A stretch of DNA of 64,000 nucleotides, from the NCBI RefSeq assembly GCF_009914755.1, contig NC_060925.1. The stretch is one strand, 5' to 3'. This document shows, in pieces, positions 40,015-54,654 of the stretch; position 1 is the stretch's first letter; every line of letters begins with the position of its first letter. The notes under the pieces are model-generated. The model was not told where the DNA came from and did no database searches. It saw only the letters and a list, made by a program, of their open reading frames with translations. A program made the translations under genes and the position numbers. Source of the DNA: the human T2T-CHM13v2.0 reference genome, Homo sapiens.

Positions 40015-41109
40015 GCAGGAGCAGCAAGAAAGTATGGCATGTCTGTGAGTAGAAGTAAGGAGTATAGTAAGTCTTGCAAATGGACCCTAGTCCATTATTG
40101 TACAGCACCGGAGCATCTGGAATGCTATATCTTAGCAGCACAGGGAGAAAAGTAGAGGCCAAAGACCTTCTTACTAAAGCAAGAGAAAAATTGGGAGAAC
40201 TGACCCAACTAGCACAGGTAGTTCTGAAGAGGATGGCAGGGTGTGTTAAATATAGTAAATGAAGAGTAGAATATTCTCTCAGCTAATTCTGGAAATTCAG
40301 TCTGTGGGATTGGTTGAGCCAAAAAAAAAAAAAAAAAAAATCTTGATATCGGTAAATGTTTGAGAGTCAAGTGACCTAGTAAGTATCCTTGAGAATTTCA
40401 TTCACGTGCGACAAAATCCCAGCAGAGAGGCAGGGATATAGGACTAAGCTATGGCTCTGGGAAATTTTGCAGAAATTGGGTGGGACCTCAGCACCTCAAC
40501 CAGTGAACTAAGGGACCTGAAAGAGGCTCATTTTTGGACAAGCAAGTGGGGACCAACACAGGGAAGCTAATCAGCATTAAGAGGCCTGATATTGGGTCTT
40601 AAGCCCAGTTTTAACAACAGGCCTGGTGGGAAAAGAGGGCTAAAACTTTGTTGTCTGGATGCTCAATGCAACACTATGAACATTTGTTTACTGTAGACTT
40701 TACCAGTAAGCTTTTAAAAAACTAATTCACTGCAATCTAGTTAATAACCAAATTGATAACATTGTATCTTACTACTACCGAATTTGCTGAGGTATGGTTT
40801 TTATAATCCTCATTTAGCTCAAAAACTATTTTTTAAAAGAAACACGTGTAAATAGAATAAGCCTGAAGGCTTTAATAAAATTATTGAATTCACGAAGGTA
40901 AAAGGTATTGCACATTACTCTTTTTAGGTATAATTTTCTTAATTATCCTCAGAGATAACCAGGTTTATACTTAGAAAAAAAAAAGAGAAATCAAGTTCCA
41001 GTGAAAACAATTTTTTTTTTTAAAAAAGAAAACACAGCCTACTAAATGTATTCAGGTAGAATAGGTATATTAATTTAAGATAAACCATTTTGATTACAAA
41101 TATTGTCAA

Positions 41110-41640
41110 TGTGAAAGGAAATTAAATCTTGGGACCCCAAGCTCATTAAGCCAAAGGAAAAAATTAAGCTGGGAACTGGGTCATGAAAACCTGCCTCCCA
41201 CTTTTCAGTGCCTAAATAAGATGCCTATAAGATGAAAAGCTATATGCCTCCCCAATATTTTGCCCAAAAGGAAATTCCTAGTGATCTCCAAGATCTTTAC
41301 CCTAAGGTGTTTCTGTTAAAATTTTACCATGGCAATGTAAATTGATAGCCCACCAGACACAAATGTGTATCCCCTGCCCCCATTTTGTCTATGTTATCTT
41401 ACGTAAAAATGCAGATTCCCTGAGCTAGACAAAGGCATGAATGACTATTTTTCCCTATCCCCCTCTTACATGAAAATTGTGTACTTGTCAATATCCCCTC
41501 ATTTCCTTTTTAAATTTGGAGCCCTCAAAATTATCTTCAGAGAAATACATAGACCTGTCTCCCAGGCACACATCCTTAACTTAGGCAAATAAACCTCCTA
41601 AAATGAGTGAGACTTGTCTCGTCATTTTTCTCGATTGACA
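41110..41640 (+). mobile_element. MER4-family (C/D/E-like) ERV1 solo LTR
   Basis: tgtgaaaggaaattaaatcttgggacccca...aataaacctcctaaaatg...tcgattgaca. Confidence 0.82.
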
Positions 41641-42586
41641 GCAATTAAAGTCAGATGTATTGGAGTTGGGAGGAAATTAGCTTTGTAAAAAGCCAAATAA
41701 ATAAGAGTTTACTCTTTGAACAAGGAAACCCTTAGGTAACAAGAGAGCACTTTGAAGCCAACCTGTTTATAAGTGTTGACCAAGTTTGTCCTAAAAGAGA
41801 GGAGAAAAATTACTGATTTTATCTTGCCTGTTAACACCCCTAACAAATAAAAATTTTCATCATTAAGTCTCTTAGATGTACTAAGAAAAGTATACATTTG
41901 TATTTAAATGTCAAAAAGGAATCCAGCCTCTCCCCAAAAATTAGTTAATTCTTTGACTTACAAAAGAAGCAAAGCAAAGGGTGCATGAGAAGATATACTA
42001 ATAGTTATGACAATGTAAATCATTAAAACAATCTGTGGAATATTGACATATGCTTTGGTTTGTAAAGATTTTTTATTCTATAAAATTGAAGAATGTCTGT
42101 AAATATAATTTTATGGTATAAAAATGAAGTCTGTGAAGCAGAGATACCTCCCTTGACTATTATCTGTCTGCTTTCTGTATATGTACTGATGTCTGCCATA
42201 TACTCATGGAAAAAATATCCTTTGAGTCACATTTTACTTTATATATCAGGTTCAAAATAAGGGAAAAAAAGCATCAGCAACCAACTACACAAGGAACAAC
42301 AGTATTGTTTTATTACATTGAAGCTCTCTTGGGTCCCAGTGGTTCAAGGACCAATGGTGCTTCCATTAGAAAGCTCTGCCTTTCTTGCCAGTGTTGAACA
42401 TGGCAGTTCAGCTTCATCTTTACTCAGAGTTTAAAACCTAACAATCACACAAGTGAGATCCTTAAATCCTGAAAAATAATGTTCTTTTAAATCATTTTTC
42501 AAGAACATGAGAATTAAAAGATGAAACTACTTACAGGTACATTTATAGTACTAAGAATATAAAACAGTATCATTCTATATTATTAG

Positions 42587-42982
<396 letters not shown>

Positions 42983-43225
42983 CAAAAATTATTTATTAAA
43001 TGTACACCATGATCTGCTTTTCAAGGCCAAGAATATAGCAGTGAACACAACAGAAAAAAAAATCTGCAATAAGAGATTTTACATTATAGAAAGGAAAGAC
43101 AAACAGTAAGATAAGTAAATCGAAAAGTACATAAGAAGATGATAAGCACTTTGGAAAGAACAAAAATGGGAGTAGAGGAGGGGTTTCTTAGGAATTGTGA
43201 GGGATAAGGGTCTGGCACCAGTTTT

Positions 43226-46200
43226 CTTTTTTTAAATTTATTTTTTATTTCAATAGGTTTTTTTGGGGGAACAGGTGGTATTTGATTACATGAGTGAGTT
43301 ATTGAGTGGTGATTTCTGAGATTTTGGTGCACCCATCACCCAAGTAGTGTACACTGTATCCGATGTGTAGTCTTTTATCCCTCACCCCCCTTCCAGCCTT
43401 TCCCTTGAGTCCACAAGTCTATTGTATCATTCTTATGGCTTTGTGTCTACATAGCTTAGCCCCCACTTACGAGTGAGAACATATGATGTTTGGTCTTGGT
43501 TTTCCATTCCTGAGTTACTTCACTTGGAAAAATGGTCTCCAATTCCATCCAGGTTTCTGCGAATGCCATTATTTTGTTCCCTTTAATGGCTGAGTAGTAT
43601 TCCATGGTATATATACCATATTTTCTTTATCCACTCATTGATTGATGGGCATTTGGGCTGGTTCCACATTTTTGCAATTGTAAATTGTGCTGATATAAAC
43701 ATGCATGTGGAAGTACATTTTGCATATAATGACTTCTTTTCCTCTGGGTAGACACCTAGTAGTTGGATTGCTGGATCAAATGGTAGATCTACTTTTAGTT
43801 CTTTAAGGAATCTCCACACTGTTTTCTATAGTGGTTGTACTAGTTTACATTCCCACCAACAGTGTAAAAGTGTTCCCTTTTCACCACATCCATGTCAACA
43901 TCTATTATATTTTTATTATGGCCATTCTTGTAGGAGTAAGGTGATATCTCATGGTTTTGATTTGAATTTCCCTGTTAGTTAGTGATGTTGATCATTTTTC
44001 CATATACCTGTTGGGCATTTGTATATCTTCTTTTGAGAATTGTCTCTTCATGTCCTTAGCCCACTTTTTTATGGGATTTTTTTTTCTTGCTGATTTGTTT
44101 GAGTTCTTTGTGGATTCTGGATATTAGTCCTTTGTCGAATGTATAGATTTTAAAGATTTTCTCCCACTCTGTGGGTTGTCTGTTAACTCTGCGATTATTT
44201 CCTTTGCCATGCAGAAGCTTTTTAGTTTAATTAAGTCCAATCTATTTATCTTTCTTTTTGTTGCATTTGCTTTTGGGTTCTTGGTCATGAAGTCTTTGCC
44301 TAAGCCAATGTCTAGAAAAGTTTTTCCAATGTTATATTCTACAATTTTTATCCTTTCAGGTCTTATATTTAAGTCCTTGATTCATCTTGAGTTGATTTTT
44401 GTATAAGGTGAGAGATGAGGATCCAGTTTCATTCTTCTACATGTGGCTTACCAATTATCCCAGCACCATTTGTTGAATAGTATGTCCTTTCCCCAATTTA
44501 TGTTCTTGTTTGCTTTATAGAATATCAGTTGGCTGTAAGTATTTGGGTTTACTCCTGTGTTCCCTATTCTGTTTCATTGGTCTATAAGCCTATTTTTATG
44601 GCAGTGTCATGCTGTTTTGGTGACTATGGCCTTATAATATAGTTTGAAGTCAGGTAATCAGATGCCTCCAGATTTGTTCTTTTTTCTTAGTCTTGCTTTG
44701 GCTATGCAGGCTCCTTTTTGGTTCCATATGAATTTTAGGATTTTTTTTCTAGTTCTGTGAAAATAATGATGGTATTTTGATGAGAATTGCAGTGAATTTG
44801 TGGATTGCTTTTGGCAGTATGGTCATTTTCACAATATTGATCTTACCCATCCATGAGCATGGGATGTGTTTCCATTTGTTTGTGTCATCTATGATTTCTT
44901 TTTTGCAGCTATTGTAAAAGGGGCTGAGTACTTGATTTGATTCTCAGCTTGGTTTCTGTTGTTGTATAGCCCAGCTACTAATTTGTGTATATTAATTTTG
45001 TATCCTGAAACTTTGCAAAATTCATTTATCAGTTCTAGGAGCTTTCTGGAAAAGCCTTTAGGGTTTTCTAGGTATATGATCACATTATCAACAAACAGCA
45101 ACAGTTTGACTTCCTCTTTATGGATTTGGATGCCCTTTATTTCTTTCTCTTGTCTGATTTTTCTGGCTAGGACTTCCAGTACTATGTTGAATAGAACAGG
45201 TGAAAGTGGGCATCTTTGTCTTGTTCCAGTTCTCAGGGGGAACGCTTTCAGCATTTCCCCATTTGGTATAATGTTGGCTGTGTGTTTGTCATAGATGGCT
45301 TTTGTTACCTTAAGGTATATCCTTCTATGCTGATTTTGCTAAGGGCTTTAATCATAAAGTGATGCTGGATTTTGTCAAATGTTTTTCTGCATCTATTGAG
45401 ATGATCATGTAATTTTTGTTTTTAATTCTGTTTATGTGGTGTATTACATTTATTGACTTGCATATGTTAAATCATCCCTGCACCCCTGGTATAAAGCCCA
45501 CTTGATCATTGTGGATTATGTTTTTGATATGCTGTTGGATTTGATTAGCTAGTATTTTGTTGAGGATTTTTGCATCTATGTTCATCAGGGATATTACTTT
45601 TTAGTTTTCTTTTTTTGTTATGTCCTTCCCTGGTTTTGTTATCAGGGTGATACTGGCTTCATAGATTGATTTAGGGAGGATTCCCTCTTTCTTTATCCTG
45701 TAGAATAGTGTCAATAAGATTGGTGCCAATTCTTCTTTGAATGTCTGATAGAATTCAGCTGTGAATCCATCTGGTCCTGTACTTTTTTTGTTGGCAATTT
45801 TTTTATTATCATTTCAATCTTGCAGCTTGTTATTGGTCTCTTCAGAGTTTCTATATCTTCCTGGTTTAATCTAGGAGGGTCATATCTTTCCAGGAATTTA
45901 TCTGTCTCATCTAGGTTTTCTAGATTATGTGCATAAAGGTGTTTGTAATAGCCTTGAATAATCTTTTGCATTTCTGTGGTATCAGTAGTAATATTTCCTG
46001 TTTCATTTCTAATTGAGCTTATTTGGATCTTCTGTCTTCTTTTCTTGGTTAATCTTGCTAATGGTCTATCAATTTTATTTATCTTTTCAAAGAACCAGCT
46101 TTTTGTTTCATTTATCTTTTTTTGTTTGTTTGTTTGTTTCCAATTCGTTTAGTTCTGCTCTGACCTTCCTTATTTGTTTTCTTCTTCTGGGTTTGGGTAC

Positions 46201-49200
46201 AGATTGTTCTTGTTTCTCCAGTTCCATGAGATGTGATCTTAGATTGTCTGTTTGTGCTCTTTCAGACTTTTTTATGTAGGCACTTAATGCTATGAACTTT
46301 CCTCTTAGCACTGCTTTTGCCATATCCTAGAGGTTTTGATAGGTTGTGTCACTATTATTGTTTAGTTCAAAGAATTTTTAAATTTCCATCTTGATTTCAT
46401 TATTAACCCAACAATCATTCAGCAGCAGGTTATTTAATGTCCATGTATTTGCATGGTTTTGAGGGTTCCTTTTGGAGTTAATTTTTCATTTTATTCCACT
46501 GTGATCGCTGAGAGTACTTGATATAATTTTAATTTTCTTACATTTACAGAGACTTGTTTTATGGCCTATCATTGGGTCTATTTTTGAGAATGTTCCATGT
46601 GCTGATAAATAGAATTTATATTCTGTAATTGTTGGGTACAATGTTCTGTAAATATCTGTTAAGTCTGCTGGTTGTAGGGTATAGTTTAAGTCTATTTTTT
46701 CTTTGTTGACTTTCCATCTTGATTACCTGTCTAGTGGAATATTAAAGTCCCCCACTTTTATTGTGTTGATGTCAGTCTTATTTCTTAGGTCTAGTAGTAA
46801 TTGTTTTATAGATTTGGGAGCTCTAGTGTTAGGTGCATAGATATTTAAGATTGTGATTTTCCTGTTGGACTAGTCATTTTATCATTATATAATGTCCCTC
46901 TTTGACTTTTTTAACTGCTGTTGCTTTAAAGTTTGTTTTGTCTGACATAAGAATAGCTGCTTCTGCTTTATTTTGGTGTCCATTTGCATTGAATATCTTT
47001 TTCCACCACTGTACCTTAAGTTTATATGAGTCCTTATGTGTCAGGTGAGTCTGAAGACAGCAGAAACTTGGCTGATGAATTCTTATCCATTCTGCCATTC
47101 TCTATCTTTTAAACGGAACCTTTAGGCCATTTACATTCAATCTTAGTATTGAGATGCAAGATACTATCCTATTTATTGTGCTATTTGTTGCCTGAATAGC
47201 TTTTTCTTTTTTCATTGTGTTATTGTTACATAGGTCCTGTGAGATTTATGCTTTAAGGAGATTCTACTTTGGGGTACTTTGAGGATTTGTTTCAAGATTT
47301 AGAGCTCCTTTTAGCAGTTCTTTTAGTGCTGGCTTGGTAGTAGTGAATTCTCTCAGCATTTGTTTGCCTAGAAAAGATTGCATCTTTCCTTCATTTATAA
47401 AGCTTAGTTTTGCTGGATACAAAATTCTTGCTGATAATTGTCTTGTTTCAGGAGGCTAAAAATAGGACCCCAATCCCTTCTAGCTTGTAGGGTTTCTTCT
47501 TAGAAATCTGCTGTTAATCTGATAGGTTTTCCTTTGTAGGTTACCTGATGCTTTTGCCTCACAGCTCTTGAGATTCTTTCCTTTGTCTCAACTTTAGATA
47601 ACCTGATGACTATGTGCCTAGGTGATAATCTGTTTGCCATGAATTTTCCACGTGTTCTTTGAGCTCCTTTTATTTGGATGTCTAGATTTCTAGCGAGGCT
47701 TGGGAAGTTTTATTCGATTATTCCCTCAAATATGTTTTCCAAACTTTTAGATTTCTCTTTTTCCTTGGGAACACCAACTATTCTTAGGTTTGGATGGTTA
47801 ACATAGTCCCAAACTTCTTGATGGCTTTGTTCATTTTTTTTTTTTCATTGTCTTTGACAGACTGGGTTAATTTGAAAGCCTTGTCTTCAAGCTCCGAAGT
47901 TCTCTCTTCTGCTTATTTGATTCTATTGTTGAGACTTTCCAGTGCATTTTGCATTTCTCTGTGTCCTTGATTTCCAGATGTTGTGATTGTTTTTATTTAT
48001 GCTATGTATTTCACTGAATATTTTTCCTTTCATATCCTGTATTATGCTTTTGATTTCTTTAAGTTGGACTTCACCTTTCTCTGGTGCCTCCTTAATTAGT
48101 TTAATAACTGACCTTCTGAATTCTTTTTCTGGCAATTTAGGGAATTTTTTCTTGGTTTGGATCCATTGCTGGTAAGCTAGTGCTATCTTTTGGGGGTGTT
48201 AAAGAACTTTGTTTTGTCATATTACCAGAATTGTTTTTCTATTTTTTTCTCATTTGGGTATACTATGTCATTGTATTTGTATATGTCAGAGGGAAGATCT
48301 GGAGTTCAAGTGCTGCTGTTCCAATTCTTTCGTTCCACGTGGTGTTCCCTTGATTCGATGTTCTCTCCCTTTCCCTAGGGTCGGGGCTTCCTGATAGCCA
48401 AACTTCAGTGGTTGCTTTTGCTCTTCTGGGTCTAGCCACCCAGCAGAGCTACCGGGCTTCAGGTTAGTACTGGGGAGTGTCTGCAAAGAGTCCTGTGATG
48501 TGATCCATCTTCAGGTGTTTCAGCTGTGGATGCCAGCACCTGTTCCGGTGGAGGTAGCAGGGGAGTGAAGTGGACTCTGTGAGGGCCCTTGGTTGTGTTT
48601 TTGTTTAGAGTGCTGGTTTTTTGTTGGTTGGCCTCCAGCCAGGAGGTTGTGCTTTCAAGATTGCACCAGCTGTGGTACTATAGGAAAGATGCAAACTTGC
48701 CCTGGGGTTATCTGGTTAAGTATTCAGGTTTCACAGGCAGTGGGGCAGGGCCTTAGAGCTCCCAAGAGATTATGTCCTTTTGTTTTCAGCAACCAAGGGG
48801 TGGGGGAGGTAGAGAAAGAGCACCAGGTGGGGCAGGAATAAGCCTGTCTGTGCTCAGCCTCTCCTTGGGTGGGGCTTGCTGTGGCTGCTGTGGGATATGG
48901 GGGTATAGTTCCCAGGCCAATGGAATTACGTTTCCAGGAGGATTATGGCTGCCTCTGCTGAGTCATACAGGTCTCCGGGGAAGTGGAGGAAAGCCAGCAG
49001 TAACAGGCCTCACCCTGCTCCCACGCAGCCTGCAGTCTTAAAGGCCAGTGTCACTCTCACTGTGCTCCCCCAACAGCACTGAGTGTATTTCCAGGCAGCC
49101 AGTGACTAAATGACTAGGGCTGAGAACTTGCCCTATACCACAAGCCTCCTCGCTGAGAAAGCAAGCGGACTCACAGTTTTTCAGGGAGCCTGCAGCCGTG

Positions 49201-49370
49201 ATCCAGTTCTTTCAAAGGGTCTGTGAGTCTTTCAGCTTTCCTGGTATGTTTCTTTGGTAGTTCCGGGAGCAAAAGTTCATGATATGAGTCTCCACACACT
49301 GCTCTGTCTGTCCCAAGTGGGAGCTGCAAGCTAGTCCTGACTCCTATTGGACATCTTAATCCCCTATTAC
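43226..49370 (-). mobile_element. Full-length (~6.1 kb) inactivated L1PB (L1PB1-like)
   Basis: L1PB 3'UTR (caataggtttttgggggaacaggtgg); ORF2 fragments ([21 protein letters not shown]; [17 protein letters not shown]); ORF1 fragment (MPEKEFRRSVIKL); 5'UTR to ~49365; TSD core ccagtttt on both sides. Confidence 0.92.
44889..45254 (-). pseudogene. L1 ORF2p reverse transcriptase remnant
   Basis: ORF track; catalytic FADD reads FVDN; ORF2 broken into many short frames. Confidence 0.88.
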
Positions 49371-50529
49371 CTGGTCCAGTTTTAAATAGGAACATCAGAA
49401 AAGATTTGACTGAGATTTGATAAAAGGAGATAAGCAAAAACAAAATAGAAACAAAAACAACCAAAAAATACAGGTACCTGGAGAAAGGGCAAAGTCCCTG
49501 AAATGAGTGTTTTTGCTATATCTTAAAAACAGCTAGTGGGCCAATGCGACTGAAATGCAGTTTTGGGGAAATGGAAGAATAGGAGGAATAGAAGACCAGG
49601 CCAGAGATATAAGGTAAATCATGCACATTTTTATGCTCAGTGTATTAATGATAGATTGAGGGGACATTGGCAAAAACAAGAAAGCTAGTTAGGAGGCTAT
49701 TGTAGCAATCTGAGTGACAGCTGATGGTGTTATAAAGGTGGTGAGTTGTTAGATACGGGATGTATTTGATAGTAGAGCCAGTGGGATTTCCTGACAGATC
49801 AGATAAGGGATAAAGCAAGGTATTTGTTGTAAGCAACTGGAATAAGGAGTGGAAATTTACTAAAGTAAGGAAAATTGAGTGGAGCACTTGGGAAAGGGGA
49901 GAGACATCAGGGTTTTTATTTTAGGGAATGTTGTTTGAAATCTCTGTTAAGCAGAATAATGGAGATGTGGAGTAATTTATTTGCATATGTTCTCTTGGTG
50001 AGGTCCAAGCTGGACATATAAATTGGAAGTTATCAATATTTTGTTAATATTTAAAGCAATAATACTGGATGAGGCAACCAAAAAGAGGGGTTATATAAAG
50101 AGAAGTGGCCCAAGAACCAGGGCATTCCACCCTTTAGATATTAGACTGACCAAAGCAAAGGAGGCTAAGGAGAAGTCATCAGTGAAGTAAAGGTAAATAT
50201 GGAAGCCAAGTGAAGATAACCTTTCCAGGAAAATGGAATGATTGACTTGTCAAGTTCTGCTGAGAGCTCACGTATGGTGAGGATGGAAAATTGACTATTG
50301 AATTTAGCAACATGTAGTAAAAATTTCCACTTCATAATAATTTCTCCAGATCTAGGAAATCAGATGTTGTGCTTAAATACCCCTATTTGGCCATTCCCAG
50401 GTTGTTACAACATGAGACTGTTGTGGTGGTATATTTTAGGAATGGTTAGAGCTTTTCCTATTGATCATGATAACATGTTTCCTCAAAGTCAGATGTTTCA
50501 TGGCAAATTGTCTCTTCTTATTTTTATTT

Positions 50530-52800
50530 TGTTACAGCTTTGTATGCTATAACTAATGCAAATTGCATATACAGAGAGTGTAAAATTTTATGGGTTTTGA
50601 CATACATATCTGTGTGCAACCATCACTACAATCAAGATAATGAACCTATCTATTGTCCCAAATGTTTTCTCGCACCCATTTGCAGTCTGTCTTCCTGCTA
50701 TGCCCAGCAATCAATGCCACTATAGATTAGTCTTTACCCAAATATTTACCATTTCTAGGGATCACAAGTCCTTTGTATAGATCTGAATTTCCACCTGATA
50801 TCACTTTTCTTCTAGCCTGAAGAACTTCCTTTAGCATTCCTTATAATGCCTGTCTGTTGGTGACACACTATCTCGGCTTTTGTTTCCCTGAAAAAGTCTT
50901 AATCTTCCTTTTTGAAAGATATTTTCACTGGGTATTGAATTCTAGATTGGAAGTTTTATTTTCCTTTTAGCACTTTCAGGATTCCATTCCATTATATTTG
51001 GCTTGCATTATTTTTGAGAAGTCTCTGATCATTCTTATGCTTATTGCTTTCTATGTAGTGTACTTTTTTTCTTTGGCTCTCCTTAAGATTTTCTTTTCAT
51101 CACTGGATTTCAACGATTTGATTGTGATGTGCTTTGTTGGGAGTCTTTTGATGTTTTTCCTGCTCAGGGTTCTTTGAGGTTCTTGGATCTCTGGGTCTAT
51201 ATTTCTCATCAAATTTGAGAAGATTTCTGTCAGTATTTCTCCATATATTTTGCTGACTCTCTCCTTCTGGGACTAAAATTATAAACATATTAGAATGCAT
51301 AATATTACCCCACATGTCACTGATACTGTTTGTTTTGTTTATCTTTCTTTTCTCTCTCTACGCTATTTCTCTCTATTCTTATTGCTATGCATTTAAATTT
51401 CCTGATCTTTTCTTCTGTAGTATATAATCTGCTGCAAATCTCATTCTGTGACATTTTTGAGGCTTTTTTTAGCTTTACAAATTCTGCTTCATTCTCTTTA
51501 TATATTTTTTATTTATCTCCTCATTATGTTAATGCTTTCCTATAAATCCTTGAACATATTTATAATAGCTATTTAATGTCTTCGTTAATTCCATCTGAAT
51601 TGTCCTTTATGGTTCTGGTTCTAATGACATAATTTTCCCGCTGGCTATGGAACATTTTTCTGTTTCTTTGCATATCTAGTCTTTTTTTGAGGTTTTAAAA
51701 AATTTTTATTTTTTAATTGATCATGAATATGTACAATTACTAATTGACAACAAACAATACTACTCACAAGAAATAATACTACTCACAACAAATAAGTACA
51801 GTTATTAATTGGCAATTGGCAATTAATGACAATTAATGAATATGCACAGTTATTAATTGACAATTGACAATTAATAACTACATATTCATGGGGGTGCATA
51901 GTGATATCTAGAATACAAGTAATGTATAGTGATAAAATCAGTGTAATTAGCATATCTATCATCTCAAACATTTATCACTTGTCTTGAGAATGTTCAATAG
52001 CATCCTTTTAGCTTTTTGAAATTATATATTATTATTAACCATAGCCATCCTACAGTGGTATAGAACACCAGTCTTTTTAAATTGAATGTTGTATACTTTG
52101 AATATCAAGTTGTTGTATACTTGCATTTTGTTTTCCTTCTTTAGAGAGTGTGGAACTTCATTTGAACAGTCAGTTAAGTTTTTTACAAATTAGCTTGACT
52201 TTTTACACTTAAAAAAATCTTACTTAGGGTGGGTCTAGAGTAACCTTTAATATAACATTATTAATAGTTAGCTATATTTCTAAATTGTGACCACTGTGGG
52301 ATCTTCGCAGAATGCCCTGGTAGTTTAGTGAAGTTTCTGCTTTGAGTGATCTGAACCCAAATGTCTCCCAGTCCTCTGTGAGTTGAGGGAATTGTTCAGT
52401 TTATCTTTGTCAGGCCTTGTAGAGTTTTACTCCACACATACAGTGTAGAATTCAGCAACCGACTAAAGGGAATCCCATGCATATTTATGGAGCTCTTTTT
52501 CTGTGTGACTCCCCCATCTCCATGATTTTGCTCTGCAATTCCAGCTGCTTCAGACTTCTCAAACTCTGATCAGTCTCCTCAACTCAGCCATCCTGTCATA
52601 CTCTGCGTGGGTCCTTTTTTCTTGCACTGTGGTTTAGAAAGTTCCCCTAGGCAGACAGCCAGGGTAATCTTAGCATTTACCTCCTTTTCTTCCCTTCTCC
52701 CTGGGATCAGAGACCTGCTCTGCCTGTTGTCCAATGTCTGAAAACAGTTGTTTTGCACATTTTGTTTAGTTTTCCAGCAGTTTATGATAAGAAAGTTTAA
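50530..52800 (-). mobile_element. Ancient L1M/HAL1-type fragments (ORF1/5' region)
   Basis: gaagaacttcctttagcatt, tttttgaaagatattttcactgggtat, gagaagtctctg are typical antisense old L1 ORF1 motifs. Confidence 0.65.
51695..52070 (-). mobile_element. L1MA 3'-end fragment with scrambled terminus
   Basis: catattcatggggtgcatagtgat...tagcatatctatcatctcaaacatttatca. Confidence 0.75.
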
Positions 52801-52959
52801 GTTAATTTATATGAACTGGAAATTCCAATTTCCTCTTTTTCAAAATAAATGGTTGACATTTAATTTTAAATTTCACCATTAAAGCTCAAATAAATCTCAT
52901 CACTAAGATATCATGCCTTTGAAACATCTCAATTTAGATCTTTATCAATTTTTCAAAAT

Positions 52960-54060
52960 AATTAATAGACTTTTTTAGAGCATTTTTGAATTCACAGAAA
53001 TTGGTTTGTGTTTACATTTAGGTCTATGAGTTAGTTTTTTAAATATGTTGTAAGTTTGTTGTCTACATTCATATTTTTGCATGAGAATGCCCAGTTACTT
53101 CAGCAATGTTTTTTGTCAATACCATACTTTAGCTTTATAGGAGTTTTTAGTATGCATATGTCTAACTGTGTATTCCTATATAGTAATATAGTGTTGGGCC
53201 TCTGAATTTTTTCTTCTCCTTCAATATTGTCATGGCCATCACAGGCTCTTTGCATATCTATATAAACCTTAGAATCAATTTGTCCATATTCATAAAATAA
53301 CCTGCTGTGCTTTTCATTAAAATTGTGTTGAATCTGTAGATCATTTTGGGAAGAACTGATATCTTTACAATATTGAGTCTTCCTATCCATGAACATGGGG
53401 TATCTCTTCATTTATTTAGATCTTCCTTGATTTTTTAATCCAAGTTTTGTGGGTTTTCGTATATAGATCTTGTACATATTTTGTTAGATGCATATCTAAT
53501 TAATAAACTGATTTATTTATTTTGGTGTTATTGTAAAAAGTGTTGTGTTTTAATTTTAAATTCCAGTTGTTCATCGCTGGCATATAAGAAATCAATTGCC
53601 TTTTGTATATTAACATTTTATCCTACAACTGCTTTAATTGCTTTTAGCTCAGGAGATTTTTGTTGATTCTTTGGAATTTTCTGCATAGACAGTCATATCT
53701 TCTGTGGACAAAGCTTTATTTCCTTCCCAGTCTTTATATCTTTTTTTTTCTTGTCTTATTGCATTAAGTAGAATGTTGAATAGAAGAGGTGAGAGGGGAT
53801 ATCCTTGACTTGTTCCTGACATTAGTAGGAAAATATCTAGTTTATCTCCATTAAATATAATGTTAGTTGTAGGTTTTTTGTAGATGTTCTTTATCAAATT
53901 GGGGACATTCCTGTCTATTCCTAGTTTACTAAGAGTTTTGTCATGAAGGAGTGTTGTATTTTTATCAAGTGCTTTTTCTGCATCTATGATATGGTCATAT
54001 AATTTCTCTTCTTTAGCCTGTTGATATGAAGATTTTAGTAATGGATTAATTAATCCTGTT
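52960..54060 (-). mobile_element. Old L1M ORF2 fragment (RT region)
   Basis: ORF 53649-54089: IDAEKALDK, GTSQGYPLSPLLFNILL. Confidence 0.85.
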
Positions 54061-54654
54061 TTCAACATATGAAGCCTTGATTTTCTCACATTCTGTGGAA
54101 ATTAATTCTTGCTTCATAGTCATCTATCTTGAATACTTAAAGTGCTCTCCATATCAACAAATATATTGTATATCATTTTTGTGAGTGCACAGTAATCTAT
54201 TAATGGTATACACTGTAAGTAGTCCCTTATTATTGGACTTTAAGTTTTTTCTAATGTTTTTATTATTATAAACAATGCTGAACTGAACATTTTTACACAT
54301 TTTTACTTTTGTCATTGTCTGTTAATTTTCTTAGAATTTATTTATAACATTTATTTTTAGGTCAAATGATATAAACAATTTAAATATTTTGAGGAATATT
54401 GCCAGAAATTGTCTTCCAGGAATGACGCATAATTTGGGATCCCATTAGCTAATATGTTTTATAAGGAAATAAATTGAATCTTCCAATTTTGGTTTCTAAC
54501 CAACCTTCCCTATGTGTCTCCCAACCGCATGGTCACTAATAATTTAAGTATCTACTATATGGAGAACACTGCTGTGAATTGGAAATTGAAAAAGATATAA
54601 TTCTTGTCTTCTAGTGGCTTACAATTGCTTGGACAAAATCAACATATACCTATA

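Noticed and set aside
43226-49370. Active L1 or domesticated RT gene
   Set aside because: ORF1 and ORF2 are shattered by stops and frameshifts, and the catalytic motif is mutated.
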